A DNA stretch of 64,000 bases. It comes from Asterias rubens. Lineage: Eukaryota. This document shows positions 36,519-48,372 of this stretch, piece by piece (the first letter of the stretch is position 1; each line of letters begins with the position of its first letter). The position numbers were made by a program, and so were the translations under genes. The notes beneath the pieces were generated by a model. The model was not told the origin of the DNA and made no database searches. It saw nothing but the letters and a program-made list of their open reading frames with translations. Where the stretch lies: positions 18,972,001-19,036,000 of the forward strand of contig NC_047065.1 in NCBI RefSeq assembly GCF_902459465.1. The letters run 5' to 3'.

Positions 36519-39500
36519 TGGTCAAAGACATGATGTTATTAAAATTTGGGATTTGGCTGTTCAGCGTGAAGTTTTTTGGTATTGCAACGTTGGCGAAGGA
36601 GGCTGTTAAAACAAGTAATTACAATGAATGAAAGCTTAAATTTGTGTTTCCTTATTAAATGTTTGTTTACACATTTACTTTGTTTCCTTTTTTTTTGGGG
36701 GGGGGGGGTACACAGATCAAAATATCATGTAACAAAACTGAACTGCTTTGACAGTACATGTGTATATTGTTATACATGCACATGTAGGTACTGAACAAGT
36801 ATGCCATTGGCAGTATGAAATAATCAGTCTCTTACTGCCAAGTTTGAGAAGCATTCATCCGGCCTTTGTTGGCAGCATGACCTCTCCTGTTGTGTTGGCA
36901 TCTCCCTACAGTTGGTACAAACACACCAGCTTGGCTAGCCCAGGTTGGACTCCTCCGTTGCAGGCAACGCGACGGAGTCCAGGGTATAAAGGTCTCGTAC
37001 CATTGCGAAAAAAATTCAAAAATCTGTTAACAATATTTCTACCTAAGTCGGGAGTCTGAACTTTTACTCACATGTTCCTTGTAGTTGGAACTCAAAGTTC
37101 GCATTATTTAAAACTGTTGAATTTTCTCCTTTGGTGTTAATATTTTGTGATAAGAAAATTGAAATTAGCGTGTTCCGATCCCACGTCGTGCACTAACTTC
37201 CGTGTAAACACTTTCTTGCACTGATCACTGGCGGCCTACTATTTGCAGCCAAATCGCTGTCAACCTGCGTTAACCAAACACTAAGCAGATGGATAATAGT
37301 CGGTGAGCAATTTACACAAAGCGCAGAACTATGCGATATCGAGCATTGACGTCTTGTGCCAAGACTCCATGAGCCGGAAACGTATTTTTTTCCTAGGACA
37401 AATGAGGCCACCTTTTACCATAAATTAGCGCATGCTAACCGTCCCAAGAAAAAAAAATATACGCGCGCAGGAAAGCGCCCTCTGTTGTCCGCACATGTAC
37501 AAGAAGCACTGTGAAAAAGCAAGACGGCGCGCGGCAGACGATTTTTTGCTGCACGCTTGGATTTTTTTTGTTGGTTTTACAAGAAAAAAAACTTGATATT
37601 TGTAACCGAAATTCAACCTGAAATTTATAAACAAATTCTATTTGAGCTAGAATATTCTATGCCTCCTGGATTTTAAAATGTATATTGGAGGCGTTGAAGG
37701 CGAGTTAACGGCACCTACCCTGTTTTGACGGCGAATAGCGGCAAGATAATGCACTGTACTCAAAGCCATGCGCACTTGTGCTCACAATATCAAATGGTAC
37801 ACGATGATCAACATCGCCAGCGCAGAACTTCGACATATTTTCGGAATGATAATTTCTTCCATGGATATATTTGTTAGCTGTGAACTTGTTGAGAATATAG
37901 TTAGGGACCCCCTAAATATATGAACGGAATTTCAGCTTCTCAAATCAGGTAAAAAATAAAGAAAATTGTAGTCAAGCTTGTGTTCGCATTGTAAAGAACC
38001 TTTATACCCAGGACGTCAGTGCAGTGGCACTGACTGACATCCTACCAGGGCTACAGCTTGGCAAGAGCTTTGCGGAGGTGGATGATGTGGACTTGGAGGT
38101 GCCGGGTTTGATGAGGTCTCCAAAATGTTTACGCCAAGTCCTGGCATCTGCTCACATAGTACCTTCAACAAGAAATTGATAACCATTAATATAACTTATT
38201 AGTTTTATTTTTTATTGTTTGAAAGGTCACACTTCTTTGAAAGAATTCGGGTTGACTTGGGTACGAGTTGACTTGGGTGCAATATTTTGGGCAAACTGTT
38301 TAAAACAAACAACAAACATTAATTTTTTAATAAACCTGTACTATTTTTAAAATTGACTTCTACAATTTTTACAAAAGCCCTCTCCTTCCCAGCCAGATAA
38401 GCGACTCTTTTAACTGTAGCATCAAAGTAAATTAGTGTAAATTATGTTATTAAGTCATTAGGACGCTAGACACTCGATTCAATACAAAATTACATGTAAA
38501 CTCGTCATAGTACATGTACATAAGGTTTATCGCGAATAGCAAAATATCAAGAGAGGGCGCTGTTGAACCCACACAAAGGTATAGGCGCTGCGTGCGTGAG
38601 TCTTAGAAACTGCATATAAACTGCCCCAAATTCCTTCCCACAATGCATTGCGTTTCTGAATCGCGATAAACCTTATGTACGTACTCTCACAACTCAGTAC
38701 TGCGGCTGTCATGACTGTGAATTTTACGTGTCATGTCCACAATAATAACTAACATTCCCCCCTGTGTATAAACAATCACGGTCCGTTCTCTCTCTCGTCT
38801 GCTAATCCATGTCCCATTACATTATTCTTACCCTGATCGTGTCTTCCATCATCTCTTTGCGTAGAGCAAGGAGCTGAATCTGTGTTTTTCAGCGATCCAT
38901 TTTGACAGCAAAATGGTGTGTTTACATTTCACACAACGTCGCGAGGTAGAGAACGATATGTTTACCTCGTGTTCTTCTGTTAGGTTTACCAGGCCATCGG
39001 CTACGGCGCCAGCCTAACTGCTGTTCATCGCGCATAAACGGACGATCGTTTTGACGTCTTGAAAAACGTATATATTTCGCGGGACATGTTTCGGGGTCAG
39101 AGGTCAGTTTTTTTTATTTTAAATTACCATTCACTAATTATAACACATTAAATGTGTTTTATTGCAAAAAACAACTCTTAATAAGTATAAGTAACACCCT
39201 CAAACGTGAAATTTCGTGTAATCTGAAGGCAACGTGTTCCTATAAAGACACTGGACACTATTGGTATGTGTCAAAGACTAGTCTTCTCACTTGGTGTATC
39301 TCAACTATGCATAAAATAGCAAACCTGTGAAAAATTGAACTCAATTGGTTGTCGAAATTGCGAGATAATAATGAAAGAAAAGAAAAAAACCTCGTCGCAC
39401 GAAGTTGCGTGCTTTCAGATGCTTGATTTCGCGGCCTCAAAATCTAATTCTGAGGTCTCGAAATCAAATTCGTGGAAGAAGAAAAAAAAATCCTCGAAAA

Positions 39501-39673
39501 ACTATGCGTTACTTCAGAGGGAGCCGTTTTTAACAACAACATTAATATTCTTTATCCCCGATGCAACGTCAGGTTAGTTTTACAGTGACAGATGAAACGG
39601 TGAAACTTAAATGGATTTTAGGTCTGCTTGAATTTAAAATTGATTTTTATATGATTTTTTTCTCTTCAGAATA

Positions 39674-40200
39674 ATGGAGGTTGATGCGGATGATCGAAGT
39701 GGTCACGAGAAACAGGCTGGTTCCAATAACCTCCATCGAGCTTCGCAAAGCCACGAAGTCAGACAGACGTCTTCCAGGGGGCGAGGGGCCGCACGAACGT
39801 CTGCCAGTGGGCGAGGGACTGCACGAACGTCTTCCAGGGGGGAGGGACTGCACGAAGAGCAAAATGGAAGATCACACGGTGCTTTTGGTGGTCGGTCTCA
39901 AATGAACTCTTCGACTCGACAGACACATGTAACCCCAACTGACACCTCAAGTAGAAGTACCAACATCGACAGGGGTGCAAGTGTTAGTCACCCTGGAGGT
40001 GCTCGACCCAAAGAGGGTAGACATTCTTGGAGGAGGGGAGAAAACCTGAAAAGTGGTTTTAAAAGCCACGAAAGATCCTCGAATCCGACAGGATGTACGG
40101 CTGATAGTGCAGGGCCGGAAAGTGAAAAATCGCAGCGAGGCAGATCTAAGGGGTCGCGGGACGGCGGCTTTAGGCGGACAGATAGAGCGAGCTACCAGGG
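39674..40200 (+). CDS. ZNFX1: Gene C first coding exon, copy 2
   Basis: Acceptor at 39668-39669, ATG at 39674, donor GG|GTAAGT at 40201. Phase 2; GG+T joins to 42315. Confidence 0.8.
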
Positions 40201-40462
40201 GTAAGTCACTCTAGGATTTCACTCGATGCTAAAGGCACTGGACACCTTTGGTAATTGTCTAGTCTTCTAACTTTGTGTGTATCTCAACATATACATAAAA
40301 CACCAAACCTGTTAAAATTTTGACTCAATATTGGTCGCCGAAGTTGCGAGAGAATAATGACAGAAAAAACATTCTTGTTATTGTGTGCTTTCAGATGCTT
40401 TGAAATCGGCTGAGGGCTCTTATCAAATTCGAACATTTTAGTGAGAAATTACTCCTTTTTAA

Positions 40463-40845
40463 AGGAACACGTTGCCTTGGATCGGTCGAGTTGGTCTTTG
40501 AAAAGCGTTTGTAACCGTTTAATATGAAACGCAAGTGGTTAGACTAGATAGTGTAAAAGTAGAATATAATGATTCATACAAACATGCCTCAAAGTTGCAC
40601 GGTTTTCCTTTTACGTCGCGAAGAAAAACGGTCGGCCAAGTTGTGGAGTCAAAATTTTGAACCCACAAAATGGCAGACCATGTTAGTTCGCGACGTAAAA
40701 GGAAACTCGCGCAATTTCGATTGATACTTGTGTGGATGGATCATTATATTCTACTTTTAAAATGTCTTTCTAAATGCGTTTCATAACAAACGGTTTCAAA
40801 CACTTTTCAAAGACCAACTCGACCGATCCAAGGCAACGTGTTCCT
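40463..40845. mobile_element. K2 MITE
   Basis: Same 23-bp TIRs and TTAA flanks as the other K2 copies. Confidence 0.85.
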
Positions 40846-40901
40846 TTAAGCTCAGTGGGTTATTAGAGTCATAAGGAAATCACAGTAAAAAAACACTTTA
40901 A

Positions 40902-41274
40902 AGGGTTTGGGTACTTTTTGTAACACAGCACACAATGTCCACAGATATACATTAAACTTACACCGTTTGAAGATAATGACAGCAGCAAGCGTAACTTAAA
41001 GTATTAGTTGCTGAGGTGCTATAGTTTTTGAGAAATGAGTAAAACAATGTCATGAAAATACGATTTGTACATGCAAAAATAATTTTCGTCTCATGATCAC
41101 CGAAACGGAAATCATTTTCATGACAATATTTTACCCATTTCTCAAAACCTACAGCACCTCAGCAAGTAATATTTTAAGGGTAGCTTTCTACTATAATTAT
41201 CTTCAAACGGTGTAAGTTTAGTGTAAATCTGTAGACATTGTGTTTGTTTGTCCTACAAAAAGTACATATATCCT
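40902..41274. mobile_element. TTAA-flanked MITE (family K3)
   Basis: TTAA|AGGGTTTGGGTACTTTTTGTA ... TACAAAAAGTACATATATCCT|TTAA with long internal inverted arms. A truncated copy lies at about 35530-35597. Confidence 0.75.
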
Positions 41275-42314
41275 TTAATGCTAACACAAGGGTTTTAAAT
41301 CACGAAATCATTTTTTATTGGTTTACTAAATTTTAAAAACCATAGTGTTTTAAACCTGTACTTAAAAGAAAAATTTGTCCACCCTGATAACCATCCTAAT
41401 ACTTGAAACTTGTTCAAATCTATGTTTCCATTTACACAATAATCTTGCGTACACCAATCAAAGTACCATTAACACTTTGGTATGGAAACTAAAAAACAAT
41501 GTCACGAATAAAAGAGTTGACGTATTTTTAAGAACTTTGAAAAAAACACCCACGTACATACCGGTATTATCTCAACCGTTCGCTTTGTGTAAAAACGAAG
41601 TCACCCACGAAATGTTGCCATTACATCAACAGGAATACTCCATGGGTCGTCAATTGTATAATTGTCTAGCCTTCTAAGCACAGAACAGGCGTGACCTACA
41701 CAACGTATTGTTAACCCCTTTAGTAAACTATGCGAGCTAAAGGGGGAAACCAAAACTATTTATGGATTTATAATGTTTACGTTATACAAATTATACAATG
41801 TATTACATAAATAAATAATACACGGTACGATGACCAGCAGCGACCCCAGGTAGGGGAGTTGGGGGGGTCTACACCGGACACATTTTCACTAGCTGCTTAA
41901 GCATAACAAAGTAGCTAAACACAGCAAAACAATGCTTAAGTTTAACAGTTGTTAAATACAAAATTTTCAGGTTCGATTAAAAAAGGTTTCGTTAGCTACA
42001 ATAATTTGGCGTTGGTTATTTACAATACATCCAAAACCACATTTAGTTGGTGGGTATCTTTAATTTTGCAATGATAATAAAGCCACCCTTGGTTCTTCGA
42101 CAAAACCAAGTGATAGTTCTATACGTTGGAGCAAAAATACAAATTTTCAAAGAATAAGGACAATCCTACTTGGTTATGAAAAAAGATTACTCAACATTGT
42201 ACAGATGTATGGTAAAAAGGGGCAGGCTTCTGAAAGTCAAATCCTTAGAAAAGCTCAGTCGACTTAGTAAAACACTAACAAAAATGGTATACTACTTTAA
42301 TTCTTTCTTTACAG

Positions 42315-45300
42315 TGATCCAAGCGGGGGTTATCAAAGATGGCGGAGAAATCAAAGTGACGCTCCTCAAACCTCAGGGCGGTACCAAGGTCAAGTTCAAG
42401 TTCAGCGCAGGTCGACTGTGCGTCCGATCCCAGAGGCAGAATTGCAGAAACTATTAAGAGAACAACCAATAAACATACTGTCTTGTCTAGTGAGTAAGAA
42501 GGGTGAATGGTCATCTTTATTAAACCAAAACATTTTCAGTGATGATCTAGTTATCCTTACACTGCGTGTGTTATACTGCATTTGTGATATAGACTCTGTT
42601 CAGGATGCCAGATTAAACTTAAATATAATATTTGATCTGCTAGCATCCTCTTGCTTTCTCAGCAAACATTTGTCGAGGTATTTAGTTTCTGTAACCGAGA
42701 AGATGCAACTGGGTGAAGATGGTAATGAAAGCATAGGTCTTAATGTTAACATGATGTTGAAAGTACTGAGTGTATACTTGCAGCATAAACCAAATGGTTA
42801 TGGAGAGATGGCAGTAGTATTGATTCTTCTTGATAAGTTGACGTCGTCACCAGCATTTGTTAGTCAGGCTTATTTGATGATTGAGGTGCAGAAACTAAAA
42901 GAAAGTTTTCATATCCTGGAAGAGTCTCAGCAAACCAAGCAAACAGTGAAGGTTAAACCACCACCAAACAACTTCAGAGATATTCCAATCTTCCCCGACA
43001 GCTCAGAAATTAGGACACCGACGCAGCCATTCCTACGAAAGAACATCATTCATGGAAGATATCAAGACGTGGAGCATTATCTTGATGTGCAGTTCAGGTT
43101 GCTGAGAGAGGACTTTGTGGCACCGCTACGGGAAGGTATCATAGAGTTTCTCTCTGTGACAAACAGTCGCCATCAAGATATTCGGGTGTACCGCAATGTC
43201 ACTATTCAAAGTAAGAAGATGGGGAGACGTAGTCTTCAGTACACCGTGAAGTTGGACGTCAACGGTCTCAAACAGATTAACTGGGGAAAGCGTTTCCTAT
43301 ATGGTTCATTTGTCTGCCTTACACAAGACAAGTTCCAGCACATCATCTGTGCGTCTGTGGCAGATAGGAACGAAAAGGACTTGAAAAAAGGTCTTGTTGA
43401 TGTTTGTTTTCTTACCGAGTGTAGTAGCACGCCTACAGGTACCTTTGTCATGGTTGAATCAGTTGCTTTCTTTGAACCCTATCGACACGTCTTACTAGGG
43501 CTACAACGAATGATCAGCGACGATTTCCCCTTTGAAAGGTACATCGTGAATGTTTTCTCTTTTGTTAGAACACCCAAGTATCTGAGTGGAGAGTGCTCTG
43601 ATGTGTATGACCTACGATCATTGGTTGTTGAAACTGATCAGGTCTTTGAAGATGAGGGTCTGACTGAAACCTTCGTAAATGCAACCTGTGTTTCGATTTT
43701 AGATCCACAAAGTTGGCCGACTGCAGAGGCCTTACATCTTGATGAGTCACAGAAGGCAGCTGTGCAGGCAGCATTGACGAAGGAGTTTGCCATCATCCAA
43801 GGTCCACCAGGAACGGGGAAGACTTACATTGGTCTCAAAATCATCGAATTACTTCTGTACAATTTACTTACGACAACAGATGCATCTCCGATTCTTGTGG
43901 TGTGCTACACGAACCATGCTCTCGACCAGTTTTTGGAGGGAGTTCTACGTTTTGGTGAGAGGAATCTGGTTCGTGTTGGACGCCAAAGCAAAAGTGAAGT
44001 GCTTAAATCTTTTAAGTTTTCGTCTCTCAAAAAACAGCTTGGAAGACATCACCCTATGAAGGACATACAGAAAGAAAAAGAACTCAGGGCAATCACATCG
44101 AGGCTACAATATACACTTTTAAGTGTAGCTTTTGCTAAAACTGTCGTATATAAAGCAGAGACACTACAACCATTCATGACTGATGACACACAAAGAACAC
44201 TTTTTGAAAAATTCAAGACTGAGAAGGATCCAACAGCAAACCTTCTGAACTGGCTGTTTGTAGTTGATATCGAAGGTGAAACAGATCGACCAGATTGTTT
44301 AGATTCAAATCAAGACCAGGATAAGTTTATAGACGTAGAAGATGAAAGCAATCGGATACAGCAAGAACGCCAAGCCGAGGACGAAGCCGGCTTCAGTTTT
44401 TTTGACGCGCAACGTAAGCAACAGGAACATTCCGTTTTAAGACGAAATGCAGCATACAGCAGTGAATGCGAAAAGCGATGTGGTAATTCAGGATATAATC
44501 TTCAGGAAGAACTTCAGAAGGATGACATGATGTCTGAAACAGAAGTTTCTAGAGTCACAAATGTGTGGAGTCTGACGTTAAGCGACCGTTGGCGGCTTTA
44601 CCGACTCTGGGTGAACAGGTACATTGAGGAGCAGGAGGAGTTGCTCTCGAAATATCGCAGGAGTTATGACAGCCTTTCAAAGGAAGTTGAAACTATAAAT
44701 GCAAGCGTCGATTTAGAAGTTCTCTCAAAAGCAAGGGTAATTGGAATGACGACAACAGGTGCGGCCAGATGTCAGTCGATGTTGCAGCTTCTTGGTCCCC
44801 GTATCGTGATAGTGGAAGAGGCTGCTGAAGTTCTTGAAGCTCATATCATCACCACCCTGACTGCAAAGTGTCAGCATCTCATTATGATTGGAGATCATCA
44901 GCAGTTGAAGCCAAACCCAACAGTCTATCGCCTGGCTAAGGTCTTCAAAATGGATACCTCTTTGTTTGAACGGATGATCAACAATGGCGTACCTTGTCAA
45001 ACACTAACCCATCAGCATCGTATGCGTCCTGAAATCTCAAAACTCATGAAGAAACATTTTTATAAGAATCTTCATGACGATGAGTCAGTGAAGGGTTTCG
45101 ATGACATCAAAGGAGTGGCACATAACATGTTTTTCATTGATCATACTAAGCTTGAAGATGGATCAGGCGATGACAACAAAACCAAATCCAACCATCATGA
45201 GGCTGAGGTCCTTGTCGAGTTGTGTAGGTACTTGTTGCATCAAGGATACCGGCCCAAACAGATTACCATTCTAACCACGTACTTGGGTCAACTCTCCACC

Positions 45301-47325
45301 TTCAAGAAACTTATGGATAAAGAGACCTTTGAGGGAGTTCGGGTGTCTGTGGTTGACAATTTCCAGGGAGAAGAAAATGACATCATACTTTTGTCTTTGG
45401 TTCGAAGCAACAAAGAGGGCTCCATTGGGTTCCTGAAGACTTCGAACCGTGTATGTGTGGCCTTGTCTAGAGCTCGCATGGGTTTCTATTGCATAGGTAA
45501 CGGCACCATCTTGAAGAAAACACAGATCTGGCAGGATATCATTGGCACTCTTGAAGCTGAGAATCAAGTTGGTTCGACACTGCAGCTTGTCTGTCAAAAT
45601 CACCCTGGCACAGTGGCTGAAGTTGCCTCAGCGGAAGACTTCAGATTCAAGGTTCCGCTGGGAGGTTGCGGGAGGCCGTGTGAGTTCACGCTTGCGTGTG
45701 GCCACCGTTGTGAATCATCCTGCCACCCGTACGACTGTGATCATACCACGTACAAGTGCAGAGTTCGATGCACACAGTTATGCAAAAGGGGCGAACATTC
45801 TCGTAACATTGAATGCTTTGAATCTGACAACCCCTGTAAAGAGATGGTGTTGAAGTTAACACCCAAGTGCGGTCATGAATCACAAGTAATGTGTGACGAT
45901 TTTGAGTCGGCCGATTGCACCGTTCCATGTACTAAGAAAATCACATGTGGACATTCATGTACAAACCTATGTTGGCAAGAGTGCACATTAGCATCATCAT
46001 GTACAGTAAAGGTTACGAGAACCTTAAGACAATGTCGTCATAAATTTGTCACGGAATGCTCCGGAAAAAAATATTTGGCAGAATGTCCTCATGAATGTGA
46101 CAAAATATTGAGCTGTGGACACAAATGTCCAAACAAATGCGGCAAGTCGTGTCCAAAAACAAAGCGGGATATAGTAGGCTGGCGTGTATCTGAGTACAAG
46201 AATTGCAATGATTTCTGCACAGAAAGGTGTGGAGATCAATTATCTTGTGGACATACATGTCCTAATAAATGTGGCGAACCATGTCCAAAAGCAGAAGTTG
46301 ATCCAAACTTTGGGGAATATCTTGAGCTTGAAGATTACCAGATTCCACTTATATGTACAGTCATGGTGAGCAAGAGGCTTCCTAGGTGTGGTCACACTGT
46401 TATTGAGGAGTGTTACCGGGATGTGAATTTGAGATCTTGCACAGTGATTTGTAACAAGGAGTTGCCGTGTGGTCATCGATGTAGTCTGACATGCAGCGAA
46501 CCATGTACATGCTTACTAAGTGTCAAGAAGACGCTACAACCTTGTGGCCATTCTTTCCAGATTCCCTGCAACAAGACGGACGATCTTAACAAATGTACCA
46601 AGAAATGTCCGAAGTTATTAACATGTGGGCATCGGTGTCCTAATAACTGTGGAGATCCATGCCCAGGAGGAGCTGACCATAACCCAAGCTCAGCTCAAAT
46701 TAACAATGTAGTAGCAATTGTTTGTCAGCGTTCGGTAATGAAGAAACTACCTGGATGTGGCCACAGTTTGGCCTTGCCTTGTTTCAAAGACGTCGAGTCA
46801 GTTGCATGCTTAGAAAAGTGCACTGAAATTCTACCATGTAAACACAATTGCCCCAACAGGTGCGGCGAGCCATGCCCAACAACTACCGATGAGGGTGACG
46901 ATTACAGTTTGTCTGACAACAGACAACCCTTTGCAATGAAATGCCAAGAAGGTGTCACCAAAAAGCTAGTTTGTGGCCACATCGTAAGAATGCCATGCTT
47001 TCAGAACAACAAATTGCTGTTATGCCCCAAACCCTGTGAGAACATTCTGTCATGTGGTCACCGATGCTCCAGAAAATGCGGCGAGGCGTGTCTTAGTGGA
47101 GGTCACCATGCAGAGTCGGAGAGCGAAAACGAAGGGGAGACACTCTGTTCTGGTGCGGATGCTGAGGTAGAACTGCCATCGTGGAAATGCCAAGAGTCTG
47201 TCTACAAAATGTTACCTAAATGTGGTCATTTTGTAAAACTGCCATGCTGCAAAAAAGCAACAACTGCGATATGTCCAGAAAGTTGCCAAAGGGTTTTTCC
47301 TTGTGGTCACAAGTGCCCCAAATAG
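42315..47325 (+). CDS. ZNFX1: ZNFX1-like gene C, large coding exon up to an in-frame TAG (helicase and about 17 zinc-finger units)
   Basis: Acceptor tttacAG at 42313-42314, in frame with ORF 42418-47325. All SF1 motifs present (QGPPGTGKT, VEEAAEV, IGDHQQL, VDNFQGEEND, VALSRAR). About 1845 aa when spliced to copy 2. Confidence 0.93.
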
Positions 47326-48372
47326 TGCGGAGAAGTGTGTCTGACTCCAGAAGAATGCAAAGCAGTGGTTAAGAAGAGCCTTCCGCTTTGTGGCCACGTT
47401 GTTGAAACTTGGTGTCAAAGGAACATCGACTTAATTAAGTGCACAGAAGACTGTGAAAAGGTGTTACCCTGTGGTCATGTATGTTCCAACACCTGCAGCA
47501 GGCCTTGCAAAGCTGAATGTTCAGAACCATGCAGCCATCGACTACGTCGATGTGGTCATAGATGTCCTGGTGAATGCGGTGTTTGCTTAGCATCTTCATA
47601 TCACGAGCTATGTGACAGTAAATGTGAGAAACCGCTCATCTGCGGCCACATCTGCAAAAGTGCATGCGGAAAATGTTCAGAGGACTGCGATGATTGTGAA
47701 CCTAGCTCTACGACGAAAGAGAGTCTCGATACGGGCTCATCATCAGCGGATGCCGAGGACTTTCAACAGTGCAGACATAACACTAAAAAGAGTCAACTTT
47801 TCCCACATGCCTGTACCTTACCTTGCAGTAAAAAATTGCAGACACGTGCGCACAACTGCAATCATTTTTGTATTGGTGTCTGCAACGAGCCATGCCCTCC
47901 ATTTTGTTTAACTTGCAACAAAAATAAAGTAGTTGCATCTTTACCCCAGCAAACTTGTCGTCGAGGTGACACGTTCATCTACCTCCCAGACTGCAACCAC
48001 CTCTGTGAGACACGGTTTCTCGACAAAATGATGGCAGGTTTCAGAAGTTCATCTGACTGCGTTCAGGTACGTTCTCCAACATGTCCCAAATGTGACCGGC
48101 CAATACGCAAGTGTCAGCGATATCAAGACTTACTTAAGGTTATCGATGAGTCAATTGACTCGGCGAGAAAACAAGACGCAAGAAGTAAACCGAGGAACAC
48201 CACTCGTGACGTCAGCAGATCCGCCATTGTTGTCGGAAGTTGGATGAGATGTCCAAAAAGTCACGTGTTCAATCACAAACGGACTACAAGCTCGCATGAC
48301 AACAGAGACAACAAAATTGTACTTTGTCAAATGTGTAGGCAACTTTTTTCTAACATCTCACCCAGTACTTAG
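47326..48372 (+). CDS. ZNFX1: In-frame continuation of gene C past the TAG: about 6 more fingers, RING-like finger, degenerate RZ-like finger
   Basis: Same frame as 42418, with no further stop for about 348 codons. LPDCNHLC...CPKC and GSWMRCPKSH...CQMC. Whether it is translated is unknown. Confidence 0.7.
   Translation, partial: CGEVCLTPEECKAVVKKSLPLCGHVVETWCQRNIDLIKCTEDCEKVLPCGHVCSNTCSRPCKAECSEPCSHRLRRCGHRCPGECGVCLASSYHELCDSKCEKPLICGHICKSACGKCSEDCDDCEPSSTTKESLDTGSSSADAEDFQQCRHNTKKSQLFPHACTLPCSKKLQTRAHNCNHFCIGVCNEPCPPFCLTCNKNKVVASLPQQTCRRGDTFIYLPDCNHLCETRFLDKMMAGFRSSSDCVQVRSPTCPKCDRPIRKCQRYQDLLKVIDESIDSARKQDARSKPRNTTRDVSRSAIVVGSWMRCPKSHVFNHKRTTSSHDNRDNKIVLCQMCRQLFSNISPST

Larger units (their letters stand above)
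39300..40965 (+). repeat. Segmental duplication, copy 2 (with internal deletions relative to copy 1)
   Basis: Lacks copy-1 segments of about 33250-33503 and 34864-35477, and one 30-nt coding repeat. Confidence 0.9.
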
